Below are positions 1 to 12,441 of a stretch of DNA of 64,000 nucleotides, one piece after another; the first letter of the stretch is position 1; each line of letters starts with the position of its first letter. Source of the stretch: Octopus sinensis (Eukaryota). The notes beneath the pieces were generated by a model. That model ran no database searches. It had not been told where the DNA came from and saw nothing but the letters and a program-made list of their open reading frames with translations. Location: assembly GCF_006345805.1 (NCBI RefSeq), contig NC_043010.1, positions 30,690,001 through 30,754,000 on the forward strand. The letters are read 5' to 3'. The position numbers were made by a program, and so were the translations under genes.

Positions 1-290
1 CTTATTGTAGAACTTGCTCCTATTGTATCACTAGTTTCTGTTGTGGAAGTGATTCCTATTGTGGAACTAGTTCCAATTGTGGAACTAGATCCACTTGTGG
101 AACTAGATCCACTTGTGGAACTAGATCCACTTGTGGAACTAGATCCACTTGTGGAACTAGCTTCTGTTCTGTCACTGGTTCCTATTGTGTCACTGGTTCC
201 TATTATGGAACTGGTTTTTGTTGTGTTACTGGTACCTATTGTGGAACTAGTTCCAATTGTGGAACTAGATCCACTTGCGGAACTGGTTTC
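1..290. repeat. 18-bp coding tandem repeat (ccacttgtggaactagat; SSSTSG on minus strand)
   Basis: Several exact and many degenerate 18-bp units. Confidence 0.9.
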
Positions 291-472
291 TGTTATGTCG
301 CTGGTTGATACTGTGTCAATGGTTTGTAGTCTAGTGTTTGTTTTGGTTACACCCCTGGGGTTTATTATTTCTCTGTTTCCAGTTAAATCCTCAGAATGAG
401 TCACACCATCATCAGTAACAACGGATGGTACTCTACTTGTGAGAGAGGTTGATTTAGGAATGTGAAATGGCC
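1..472 (-). CDS. Exon 5 of PAN/Apple-mucin gene: Ser/Thr-rich mucin-like stalk, runs off the window
   Basis: Acceptor ttcatttgtag|GG at 473/472. Open frame (W)PFHIPKSTSLTSRVPSVVTDDG...SSSTSG/TSSTIG repeats to base 1. The + strand ORF 43..399 is its antisense shadow. Confidence 0.85.
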
Positions 473-587
473 CTACAAATGAAGAAAACACACAGTTTTA
501 GTCATACAAACAGCTTAAAATTGAACACAGAACACGAAAATATATAACTAGTTTACTAAACCTGAACACACACACACACACATATAT

Positions 588-618
<31 letters not shown>

Positions 619-663
619 TAGATAGATAGACAGACAGACAGGCAGACAGACAGGCAGGCAGGC

Positions 664-699
<36 letters not shown>

Positions 700-707
700 T
701 GACTGAC

Positions 708-786
<79 letters not shown>

Positions 787-812
787 CAGATAATGTCGAT
801 AGATAGATAATG

Positions 813-863
<51 letters not shown>

Positions 864-1507
864 GTAGGTAGTAGGTAGGTAGGTAGGTAGGTAGGTAGGT
901 AGGTAGGTAGGTAGGTAGGTTTAAGAGGCAGAATCACCCTCAAGCAACTCAATCATCATTGAACGTCATTATTCACGATAGGTACATATAGGACTAAATA
1001 TTAAAAATATCAAAATTAATGGCTTCAATTCTTATTCTAAATCATATACCTTACATTATATAGACTACGCACGTTTCATGACAACATATTCCTCGATATT
1101 GCTGAAGTAGAAGTTCTCAAATACAATACCATAGTAAAATGATTATATTGCCAATCTTCAGGTCTAGATTATATGAACCTATTTTGCTATTTACATCCTA
1201 TATAAAGATATGACAAACTAAAATTATATAACTAGAAGTTGTCAGAATAATTTTACTTTAGTAAATAATGAACAGAAATGTGGAATAAAAATAGGAAAAA
1301 GAAATGTTAGTAAAAGAAATATTAACTTATCTGTATGGTAATTTACTACCCACGAATTAAACAAGGCTACCACATGAATTAAAATTCATCTGTCCCTAGT
1401 GAACAGTCATTAAGACTCTTAACATTATCATAAGCATTACTCTAACTTTTCTTATGAAGTCATTAAAAACATCAAGTATATATATTCACATAAAATTAAC
1501 CACTTAC

Positions 1508-1741
1508 ATGCTATGGGTTTTGTTAGGTCAATATAGTTTCCATCGGTGAGGAGGACTTTGGAGTTCCAGCAGTAAGTCATGATAAGTAATTGACACTGTC
1601 CATTCTTATATGAATAACCACAGCAGTTGGAAGTCGCAGAGCAAACCTCTTCACAATACCACACTAAAGAACGGAAGGTAACGTTCGGATATTTTACACT
1701 GGTATTGATTATTTGGTAAACATTGCTTTTCTTCTGAGTTT
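1508..1741 (-). CDS. Exon 4: second PAN/Apple-like Cys-rich domain
   Basis: ttattgcag|...|gtaag, 234 nt, phase 1-1; CEEVCSATSNCCGYSYKNGQCQL fits the PAN C-x3-C-x5-C-x-(G)(F/Y)-x-Y...C-x-L pattern. Confidence 0.8.
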
Positions 1742-2558
1742 CTGCAATAAAGATTTGTAGACAGAGTAAGGATCATCAGACAGAAAGGAAAGGAAGGAAT
1801 GAAAAAAGGAATGGAAGAAAGAAAGAAAGAACAAGAAATAAAATATAAGAAAGAGAAGACAACAGGGAAAGAAAATGAAAAAGAGAGGAAGAGAAAGAAG
1901 AAATGAAGAAAAGAAGAAAGGAGAAAAGAAAGAGATAGAAAGAAAGTAAAAGAACTATATTACACAACTTAAATTCCCAAAGACAAGCCTTCTTGATGAA
2001 GGTTGAGAAGTACTTCAGCCCAGATTGTTTACTCACTAATTGCAAAATCACAGTGGAGAATGAGATCCATATTTAGAATACCGCTGCTACTATACACAAA
2101 GACATCAAAAATTAAATCCATCCAACTGCAAAACTCGTTACAACCTTTGACCCACTGAGACTCTGTCTTCAATCTTCATCTTTTCTATGGCTACCACGAT
2201 GGCTGCTGCTCTTCTAAACAAACTAATGACATTCCATGGAGCCCATCTGACACACTCGTCTCCCTTCCTCACCCCACTTCTACTATGTTTCACTCTTCTT
2301 AGCAACCTCATTAAGAATTTTACCTGATTCTTTATCTCCATAACCATCGAGCCTATGGAATTCTCTTCCTACTTATTTTCTTCAGACAGGATCAGCGTTA
2401 CACAATGTGTGACAAGGCTGCCTTTGAATTTCCTTTACAATCCATCTGACGTGTTTTCACACAGATTTCAACCAAACAGTTTTACTCATAATATAAGTCA
2501 GTTGCTCAAGATGTTGCTCATTAACGCAACTTTGGTTCGAGGAGGAAGAAATGTCACA

Positions 2559-2594
<36 letters not shown>

Positions 2595-2911
2595 GAAGAA
2601 GCTAAGGGAATTTGCTTCGACTGGGAATTGAAACTGAACTGCAGTCTCGACAGACCAACAACTTAACTTTTTTTCTCTACAACGCTCACTCTATTCCAGC
2701 CTCTCTTTAAAAGGGGAATATTTCGATATTCATATGCTTCCCAATGTACGAGTGACGAAGGTGAAGTGAAAAATAACTTTGATACAACTTTAAATTTGAG
2801 TCGTGTCTCGACTCATCAAGTTTGCCAACAGCCACTCTTCCTCACTTGTAAACCTGGAACTTCTTAATCAGTAAATAAAGAACCATATACATAAATACAC
2901 TATTTACTTAC

Positions 2912-3166
2912 TGTTCTGATCTTGACGAATCATCAGTACTGTCAAAGTATCATGCGTTTCCGGCAATGTAGAATACAATGCATTATTACACTCTTCAAAA
3001 TCCAATAGACTGCATAAATTATCAAACAGTTGGAAGTATATGCAGTCACAATGGCCATTATAAATACATCTCAATGCACATTTAGGTAAACAACTTTGTT
3101 TACAATTGCTGGAGTGGTTTCGTGCAGTAAAGTTTTTATTTAGAACCATTTCATACATTCTGCCCC
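2912..3166 (-). CDS. Exon 3: first PAN/Apple-like Cys-rich domain
   Basis: ttttatag|...|gtaag, 255 nt, phase 1-1; SCLPKCALRCIYNGHCDCIYFQLFDNLCSLL. Confidence 0.8.
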
Positions 3167-3195
3167 CTATAAAAACAAAAAAAAAATGGTATTAA

Positions 3196-3387
3196 TATTG
3201 GTTTCAAATTTTGGCACAAACCCAATAGTTTCGGGGTAAAGAGAGAGTCGGTTACATGAATCCACAGTATTCAACGGGTACTTATTTTATCGACACCGAC
3301 AGAATGAAAGACAAAGTCAACCTCAGAACATAAAGAACGTAAAGCATTTTGCCCAGAGTGCCAGCGATTTTGCCAGCTTGCCACCTT
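3196..3387 (-). mobile_element. tRNA-derived SINE, Nin/Deu-domain-like family
   Basis: Matches copies at 21260, 29820 and 61173; flanked by near-identical aaaatggtatt(a/g)at target duplication. Confidence 0.75.
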
Positions 3388-3733
3388 AAAATGGTATTGA
3401 TTTGTTATAACTTAAGTAACTAGAGAACTTTTTCTATTTATCTTTATCTATTTATAAGTCACGTGTCAAAACTATCAGTTACATGTAATCCAGTATAACT
3501 TGTGTTGTCAAATCGTTGTCGACTAAACAAGCAAGCCCATTTTAGTTGCTTTGTGAAGAGTGTGAATTTGGACATCCTACACGATTAAAAACATAGCCCG
3601 TCAAAATGCGGACGAAATCAAGTGAGTCAATTTCCATCCAGTAATGTATATATTTAGGCATGTTAGTAATTTGTGTATGTTTAGTGGCATGTTCGCATTT
3701 CATTCAAATGATGCGAGGAATAAATAAATAATC

Positions 3734-3887
3734 TTCATCTCCACATCTTGGACATATTGCATAAGAACTAAAAAGTGAGATTGATGTGTGTGCAGCTGTT
3801 TTTCACTGTTTTTCATCTCCACATCATTGGACATATTGCATAAGAACTAAAAAGTGAGATTGATGTGTGTGCAGCTGTTTTTCACTA
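3734..3887. repeat. Two-copy ~78-bp tandem duplication
   Basis: tcatctccacatc...gcagctgtttttcact occurs twice. Confidence 0.9.
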
Positions 3888-3904
3888 TAAAGATAAGCTT
3901 GCGT

Positions 3905-3984
<80 letters not shown>

Positions 3985-4741
3985 CAGATAGATAGATCTG
4001 GGTCATTTATAAGATTTGATTATCGAAATATTAAATAGCAGCAGAATGTTACTCTAGCAAAAGATATTCCTGTTGTGTAAAAAAACTGGGAAGGTCTCAT
4101 TTAATAATGTAGAGCTAGATATTCCAAAAAAAGATGGGGTGATCATGGCTAGTTTGGTTTTGTATTCACATCTGCTGTAAAATCTGTGATATGGCAGCCA
4201 TACTGTGAAGAAAGTAATGTTTAATTTTATAAGTTCATAGCATAGGTATCCAACCTACATTTAATTACTATTTTGGTCTTAATTTTCAAATGAGTTCTTC
4301 CTTCAGATTTTTAGAGATTTTGCTAGTGTGCGAAGTCTTTGCCAGCGCAGCTATATAGCGTCAAACTACTTTATATCACAACTGAACAACAGCTTTGTTG
4401 TTCACTGCATTACTGACGGCGAGAGTGATATGGGCATGTCTATAATTCAATGCAGAACAAATATTTAGAAGGACATTTTTCATAAAGAATCGCATTTTCC
4501 CCCCTTCTATCGCCGATATTTCTATCCCTCATCTTTATACGTACAGCTACGGTTTGGGATGCAACTGAGTCAGAAACCAGGTAGTGGGATACCTCTGAAG
4601 AATCATGATAATGGTATATTAGAAAATATAAAATGATTATAACTGCATATATGTATTCAATAGCTACGATGGCATTCCACCTGTACAACGCATGCAATGA
4701 ATATAACACAAATGATCTCATCATTCGTTTGCTTTCTTTCT

Positions 4742-4955
4742 AAGGCGGTGAGCAAGCAGAATCGTTAGCATGTCGGACAAAATGCTAAGCGGCTTTTCTT
4801 CCGGCTTTACGTTCTGACTTCAAATTCTACCGATATCGACTTAGCCTTTTACCCTTCAAGTCAATAAAATAAGTACTCGTTGAATACTGGAGTTGATGTA
4901 ATTGACTAGCCCACACCTCCAAAATTTCAGGCTTTGTGCCTATAGGAAAAAGAAT
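4742..4955 (+). mobile_element. SINE, Nin/Deu-domain-like family
   Basis: aaggcggtgagcaagcagaatcgttagc head; core similar to other copies. Confidence 0.7.
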
Positions 4956-5046
4956 TATTATTAGAGTGATTCCATAAGGTAAGTGGATGACTTCGTGAAA
5001 GTTTCTTAATTTTTACGATAAAAAAAGGAGAAAAAAATGAACTTAC

Positions 5047-5071
5047 ATTCAGAAACGACATCTATGGGAAT
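5047..5071 (-). CDS. Exon 2: 25-nt microexon (IPIDVVSE + first base of W)
   Basis: ttttctttatacag|attcccatagatgtcgtttctgaat|gtaagt; phase 0 to 1 exactly bridges exon 1 and exon 3. Confidence 0.75.
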
Positions 5072-5112
5072 CTGTATAAAGAAAATTAAATATCTTTATG
5101 GATGCGTGTATG

Positions 5113-5167
<55 letters not shown>

Positions 5168-5389
5168 CATACATACATACATACATACATAATACATACA
5201 TACATACATACATACATACATACTACATACATACATACATACATACATACATACATACATACATACATACATACATACATACATACATACATACATACAT
5301 ACATACATACATACATACACGAGTAAGCACATGAATGCAAAACAAGATGAGAAAAAATAGTATTTGAATACCGAAGGTAGAGTAATATA

Positions 5390-5540
5390 CTTTTATTAAA
5401 GCCGAAAAAAATCTTCACAAGCTGCTACTCAGAGTTTCACATTATCGTTCGTCGAACAGTTGTGATCACAACTATCCGACGAAGGGTAACGTGAAACTCT
5501 GAGTAGCAGTTTGTGAAGATTTCTTCAGTTTTAATAAAAG
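5390..5540. ncRNA. Palindrome carrying two head-to-head hammerhead-like motifs (Penelope terminal-repeat type)
   Basis: Imperfect palindrome centred on agttgtgatcacaact; each arm reads AACU(G/A)U-YCGACGA-stem II-GAAA-CUCUGAG-UA-GCAGYU. Confidence 0.55.
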
Positions 5541-5550
5541 AATGGATAGC

Positions 5551-5604
<54 letters not shown>

Positions 5605-6850
5605 TCAAAACAAAGAGGGATTAATAAGGGACAGTGATCCAGATAAAATACTTTTTAAGCTCCATGCAGATAAAAATATACCAAATAACAAAAAAGTCTT
5701 GTAATAGGTATTGTACTCCAGGGAATCCGAAGTCGAAGTCGATCATTAGTCAAATTTGTAAATCCAAGGTTGTATTACCCAGTTAAGTTGTTTGTTTGTT
5801 TGCTTGATTTTTTACAGTTATACATGAAATAGACAGAAATAATGGGTTATATACATGTAATTATTTATTTATTGTAAGCTAACAGCTGTTTCAGATATGC
5901 ATTTGGGAACGTTCATGGCTCAATTTTATTAATCAATTGATCGATGAACTGAAAATATTAGGAACTAGAAAATCACTCGGAAAACGCTGACCTCCGCCAA
6001 GTAGCTCATTTCCACCCATATACACGCATGCTGAAAATCGACTAAATTCCCAAACCAACATCGGCAAAAACATAACCTCCTTGGCGGGGGTAAAAAAAAA
6101 AATAACACAGCCATATGATTTTCAGGAAAAACCCTTTAAAAACAGGAATCATCTGAAGCAGTTCACAACCACCAACATCATTGTCATTGCTTCCACTTAA
6201 CCACATACACTGCCATCAATGTTATCATGACGGTTACCTTGACAGTCACTTTCACCACCACATAACCACTGCAATACCACCATCAACGCCACTATTACCA
6301 CCATCACCTCACTATCACACATCACACCGCTCCTGACGCCATTATAACCGCCGATACTATTTTATCCTCCTCCCATACTTATCTCGACCATCGTCATCAT
6401 CAACACTGTCTCTAAACAGCAACGCCACCATAGGTTACGTGGAAACGGTGTGTTTTCAAAGGAGATAATCAAAGAACGTAACAGTGTAATACTTCATGTA
6501 AAGTAAATATAACAAATTAAAAATCCTTCAAGAATTCATATAAATTCCCGGATCACTACAAAAATTTCATCATCTGTTCCATGTGTCATTACCAACTTTT
6601 CCTGCAAGTTTCATCAAATACCGTTCACAACTTTTTGAGTTATTTGGCACACAGACGGACAGACGGACAAACCAACGCCAATGAAAACATAACCTCCTTT
6701 CATGGCGTAGGTAACTATCAGCACAATGCTATCTTCCTCAGAACCAAGACTGCGAAAGAAAAAAGATAAATGGAATTTGGTCGGTGTAGTATTATACAAA
6801 ACTAGATCGCTTGTTTCTAGCAATCAACCTTAAGCTACTGTTTTCTCTTG

Positions 6851-7172
6851 TGGAGGCGCGTGGCTTAGAAGTTAGAGTTTTAAGCTCACGATCATAAGGT
6901 CGTAAGTTCGAAAACCAGTGGGGGTGTTGTGTCCTTGAACAAGTCACTTTATTTCACGTTGCTCCAGTCTGCTCAGCTGGCAAAAATGAATAGTACCTGT
7001 AATTCAAAGTGTCAGCCTTCTCATATTCTGTGTCACATTGAATCTCCCTGAGAACTACATTAAAGGTGCGCATGTCTGTGGAGTGCTCGGCCTCTTGAAC
7101 TTTCAGTTCACGAACAGGTTATTCCGCTGATCGGATCACCCGGAACCGTCGTCGTCGCATCCGACGTAGTGC
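6851..7172 (+). mobile_element. tRNA-derived SINE, ggaggcgcgtggcttag family (CORE/V/Meta-like core)
   Basis: A/B-box-like head; core ttgtgtccttgaacaagtcactt...gttgctccagt shared with 12908, 27777 and 51731. Confidence 0.7.
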
Positions 7173-7567
7173 GGATTTTATTGTTTTCTTTTACCACGGG
7201 AGAATATTTACATCCTGTAAAAAATTTTGATACCCATCAACTTCGTTAGGCCCAGTGGCAGGATTTTGGTGTTTACTACTATATCTTGGAAACTATGTGA
7301 TGGGGAAGTATTTTTAAATATCTACAAAGGTATCCAGTTCTGTATAAATGCTGACCAAATTCCACCCTCTTTTTAGCCGACCAGCTAAGTAAGGGGGCGT
7401 AAACAAACCAGCACCGATTGTCAAGTGGTGAGTACTCTATGATTCTTTGAATCCTTATTTCCAGTTATGTTTGCATATACGTATATGTCATTCAAAATGT
7501 GACCGTGTGTGTATCGTTGGCGATTTTTTCCTCCGTCTTCCCTTCCTTGGATCTTTCCTTTTCCTAT

Positions 7568-7602
7568 GTTTCTGACGAAGAGCTCCACCCGAAACGTTAA
7601 AT
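7568..7602 (+). ncRNA. Minimal type I hammerhead-like motif in a Penelope-type tail; stem II decayed
   Basis: GUUU-CUGACGA-AGAGCUCCACCC-GAAAC-GUU-AAAU. Confidence 0.45.
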
Positions 7603-7680
7603 CCTCCTTCTTTCTTTCCTTTCCTGAGCGTCCAATGTCCTCGCGTTGTTGTCTTCTCTTTGTGTTTTCATGTTTGGATT

Positions 7681-7722
<42 letters not shown>

Positions 7723-7725
7723 ATA

Positions 7726-7815
<90 letters not shown>

Positions 7816-8159
7816 CATGGAAAAACGCGAGCAAGAGAAATAATATTCTTAAGATTATAAACCTGGAAAATTACAGGACAAGTTATTGCACCTGGGAAAG
7901 TTCAGGACAACTTATTACATCTGGGTAAAGTACAGAACATTTTCTTAAAATATTGCAGCTAAGAATAAAATTTCAAATAAAATATTTAGATTTAGAAAAT
8001 ATCAGCTTTTATCATAACTAAAAATTTTATTAGAAGTTGTTATTACTTCTATTTGTTATTACTTATTACTTATATTAAAAATAAAAATAACTCAAAATAT
8101 TTTTTGCACTTTTAAAAAATTCATTTTTTAAATTATTAATTAATAATTAGAAATTTGAA

Positions 8160-8609
8160 ATTAGAAATATTAAATTTCTAAATGTCTCCGAGAGACATGA
8201 GCGGTGGTGGAGCGATATAGAGGTTGTGTACTGTCAGCTCAGCGTGACAGTCCGTAAGGGAATTACACCACCACCATTTAGCCCTAGGAAACATCGACGT
8301 TTCCTGTCGGCTTTGACACATTTTCTGCTTATATTTGCAAAGGGGAGGCAATCACCCCCGCCAGCTGGGACTAGCACCTGAAGACATATGTTTCTGAGTG
8401 TATTGCTCGTCATTAGTCCAGGGTAGCCAGTCTCGCTCGCTGAGATGACTGCAACCTCTCTGCAAATATATCCTATTTTCAGTAAAATTTATTTACTGAT
8501 CACCGAAATTAGAAATAGTGAATTTCTAAATGTCTCCGAGAGACATGAGCGGTGGTGGTGGAGCGATATAGTGGTTGTGTACTGTCAACTCCACTCCACC
8601 ACCGCTCAT
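8160..8609 (-). mobile_element. ~348-bp partial tandem repeat with one hammerhead motif (8377-8422) and an inverted tip: retrozyme / Penelope pLTR-like
   Basis: aatttctaaatgtctccgagagacatgagcgg at 8173 and 8521; minus strand CCUGGA-CUAAUGA-CGAGcaauacaCUCA-GAAA-CAUAUG-UC-UUCAGG; 8591-8609 inverts atgagcggtggtggag. Confidence 0.55.
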
Positions 8610-9320
8610 CAAAGACATTTATAGATTGTATATTTATTCTGTCCAGTTACGTATCAGTATAGCGGTCATTTGCAAACTCCAACTTTCATTTCTCCTTAGC
8701 CCTCACGTCACACAGTTGTTAATGTTTATTTCAGTTGGGTCACGCCCTTCCAATTGCTATAGATTCGTAATGCATCTTACGGCTGTGCCTGTCACCTGGA
8801 TGGTGAAGAATCCTATATTGGGAGTGGTAACGACTAGGGTACTGTAGCTGACTGCTTAATGTGATCATTCGTCTGTTGGTTTCCTGTAGCTTTGCTCTTT
8901 TTTACAAACCCAGCGAACATATATTTCCATTTTCAAAGAAATTCAAACAATAGATATAAGACCCAAGTTAAAAAGATTCTCAACAATTCAACTTCTCTGG
9001 TTGACATTAAGATGCCCACCCCCAATAGGGGCGTTAACTTACACATTTTAGAGCTCCATGACCTCCATATTTCAGGAGTAAAATCATTTTAACAGGTTCT
9101 ATAAGACTGGAATTTTGGAATATGCGCATAAAAATCAGTAGTATGGGATACATGTGGCACGATTACAATTTTGTTTGGGTGTGTAAAGAGGGAAATAACC
9201 CTCATCTGCAATTTTGATGAAATTCGAAACATAGGTATTCCAGTTCGTTACAGAAAATATAACAGAAAAGTCTAATTCTTCAATTGTATGTAACTCGGGC
9301 AACGCCGGGTAACTCTGCTA

Positions 9321-9321
<1 letters not shown>
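8609..9321 (+). mobile_element. 3' part of a non-autonomous Helitron
   Basis: Ends ctcgggcaacgccgggtaactctgCTAG|t; 8609-9227 nearly identical to 55570-56188. Confidence 0.7.
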
Positions 9322-9389
<68 letters not shown>

Positions 9390-9563
9390 TGTTGTGTCTG
9401 GGGAGTCATTTTCTTTTTGTGCCTTATAACAGAATATGCTTCAACACACGAACTCATATAAATAATCTTGCAAACCAAATTCAAAAACGAAATATATATA
9501 TACATATAATTATATATACATACATACATACATACATACATACATACATACATACACACACAC

Positions 9564-9639
<76 letters not shown>

Positions 9640-9650
9640 TATCAGATAAG

Positions 9651-9683
<33 letters not shown>

Positions 9684-9893
9684 ATATATATCTTATCAGA
9701 TAAGAGAAAAAATCTATCAGAAAGGCACTCTATCTCTCTTTAAAAATATCTTTTGATAAGCATAACAAATGCGCAACCGGTAAAAAGAAATTTCACCTAA
9801 TTAAATACACTCTCCCTTACTTAAATTATTTTGCCAGCATTTTCTTCATTTCCTTTTTTATATATCACAACTCGTGTTCCACATCTCCTTTTT

Positions 9894-9951
<58 letters not shown>

Positions 9952-9967
9952 ATATTATATATATATT

Positions 9968-10362
9968 CTCTTTTACACGTTTCAGTCATTTGACTGCAGG
10001 CATACCGGAGCACCGCTTTTAGTTGAACGAATCAACCCCAGGACTTTTTCCTTGTAAGTCATGTACTTGTTCTATCGGTCTCTTTTGCCGAACTGCTAGT
10101 TTCGGGGACATAAACACATCAATATCGGTTGTCAAACGATGGTAGAGGGACAAACACAGACACAAAGACACACACATAAATATAAATGCATATAAATATA
10201 CACGACGAGTTTCTTTCGGTTTCCGTTTACCAAATCCACTCACAAGGCTTTGGTCGGCCCGAGGCTATAATAGAAGACACTTCCCTAAGGTGCCACATAG
10301 TGGGACTGAACCCGGAATCATGTGGTCAGAAAGTGAGCTTCTTACCACACAGCCACGCCTGC
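9968..10362 (-). mobile_element. tRNA-derived SINE, cephalopod Ceph-domain-like family
   Basis: Reverse complement of gcaggcgtggctgtgtggtaagaag...cttctattatagcctcgggccgaccaaagccttgtgagtggatttggt. Confidence 0.8.
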
Positions 10363-11404
10363 GACTTTTATATATATGGACACGCGCATACACACACACA
10401 CATTTGTGGTGTGGCTTCATCAAAAAAGTGGAACGGTTTTAGGTATTCAGGTAACAAAAAAAGGTGATCATTTTAACAAATTAAAATATTTTTGGAATTT
10501 TAAAGACGATCGTTTAAAAGACGATGCTTGATATTTTGGACCACTTAGCTTAATGGCACAGAGGACTTAATCAAAGTTTGAGAGATCTGGAGATCGATTT
10601 TCTGTAGGGGCATGATAGCCAACTGGTTTTTTTTTTTTTTCTGTTTTCTAAGCCTATCTTCTATGCTGTTTTCACTGCTATTCTGTATTAGATATTTCCT
10701 TTATTATTTGTAAAATACCAACTCACTCACCCCGCCCCGCCCTAAGTTATTCTTAAGGACAAATTTTGTCACTCGCAAGCTCTTCTAGGCTTCATCACTA
10801 CTTCGGTTCCCAGCCAAATTGAACGCTGGTTTTTTTAGCAATGATGGCCGGTCTTCAGCTACATTTTGAGATAAAATAGCTAAAATTTGGTTCATTAAAA
10901 AGAAAGGTAAAGTAAATTGCAATTAAAAAAGAAAAGTATAGATTAATTAAATCTAAAAGTCTGTGCTCATTGGGAAGAATCTTTCGGAGACAAACACGCT
11001 AAAAAGTTGGCTACAAAAAAGTGGTGTGTCTTTAAGTGGTGATCATTTTAACAAATCAAAATGTTTGTCATTTTAAGATATTTAGCATTATAAAAGACAG
11101 TAGCTGCTGTTAATTCTCTTTGCTTTATGGTATAGGACGCTTGATCGGAGTTTGAGATATACGGGGCTCGATATTCTGGAATGACTTGCTTGCCACTTTT
11201 TCATTTTTTTTTCTCCGTTTGCTAAGGGGTATTTAGTCAATCCTCTAACCTGCTTCCACAGCTATTCTGCGTTCGAGATTTACTTTAGATGAAAGAGCTC
11301 TTTGAGAAGAATCTTATGGAGAAAATCTTGTCGAAAAAATTACAAAAATGTTGTGTGGCTTTAAGAGACGAAAAAAAGGTGACTATTCTATTCTAATCGC
11401 CCTT

Positions 11405-11700
11405 TTCAAAGCGAACCGTCATCTATTGTTGACGATTGCCGCCGTCAACGTTCGCTTCACTAATCCACTAACTCGGTCTCTGAAAGATTTGCGCGCCGGC
11501 AAGGATGCGTTCAGCTTCCAGTAACCGGGTACCTGTCTAAGGAGTCTATAACTCGACTGTACAGGTTACAAAGTTGTGGTCTGTGTAGTCGATTACTTTA
11601 AACTGTGAACAATCTATGCTATCCTTATCTGCTTCTCTACAGAATTACCCTATCTAGATACGATCTGAATGACCTGATGCGGTTTGACCAGGTCCACGCT
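11405..11700 (-). mobile_element. Degraded Tx1/L1-like LINE fragment (APE C-terminus)
   Basis: RSYLDR...YTDHNFVTC...PGYWKLNAS, homologous to 59620-59880. Confidence 0.7.
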
Positions 11701-12115
11701 GGTACAATAAGATTTTTTTCTCTCTCTTGAACTAATCTTTCAAAATTTTCCTAATGGTCTCTGTTGTAACTTTGATATGTTTGTCTCGTGTATTGCCATA
11801 GTTTATTTGTTCATTTACTCTGAAACAATCACACTGAAAATATTCTGATACGTTAACTTTAAGAATGAAGTTTTGAACGATTCCTTTGTCGAACTGTGTA
11901 TGAAATATGATACCCTTCTACACAATACAGAATATATATGAATACTCTCACTTTGCCTTATGGCCACGCCGGTAAGCATCAAAGTATGGTCTGTCATATT
12001 TGCTTCGTTGAAGCCAATATTAATAGATAATGGTATCCCGATGCTAACATTTGATTTTATGAGGGATGATAAAATTAATAATTTGAATTTCTTTTCCCTT
12101 CTGTTCAGTATAATC

Positions 12116-12441
12116 CAGTGATTCCCAATGTGGGGCACACGCCTCACCGGTGGGGCCTGGGTAAATTGTGGTGAGGCGTGTGACCTAAATTTTTTCTTAT
12201 TTTTTTAGCGGCACATGGAATTATGAAAATCTTTGTTTTTTTTTTAGTCAATAATGTACATTTGGGGGGGGGGGACTTGATACTTAATAAAAAAAAAGTT
12301 ACCGGTAGATTCTTTCGTATTAAATAATTGTGATAAAATATTTAAAATAGAGTTGTTGCTTTTTCCCCCACCACCAGTGGGGCATACCTTTTTCTGGAAA
12401 GTTATAGTGGGACCTGGGGAAGAATTGGTTGGGAAACACTG
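12116..12441. mobile_element. hAT (Charlie-like) MITE
   Basis: TIRs CAGTGATTCCCAA / TTGGGAAACACTG; exact 8-bp TSD GTATAATC on both sides. Confidence 0.85.

Noticed and set aside
43-399. Plus-strand ORF with VELDPL repeats
   Set aside because: Antisense shadow of the minus-strand mucin exon, which has the splice acceptor and phase continuity
548-952. ORFs such as YLSI, YIYI, MYVC, HTHT here and throughout
   Set aside because: Translations of (GATA)n, (TA)n, (CATA)n and (CA)n microsatellites
4256-4439. Possible extra exon of the PAN gene (AG and GT present)
   Set aside because: Stops in all three minus-strand frames and not needed for phase continuity
6170-6430. Thr/Pro-rich looking stretch
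   Set aside because: Degenerate (ACC/ATC)n low-complexity DNA without splice support
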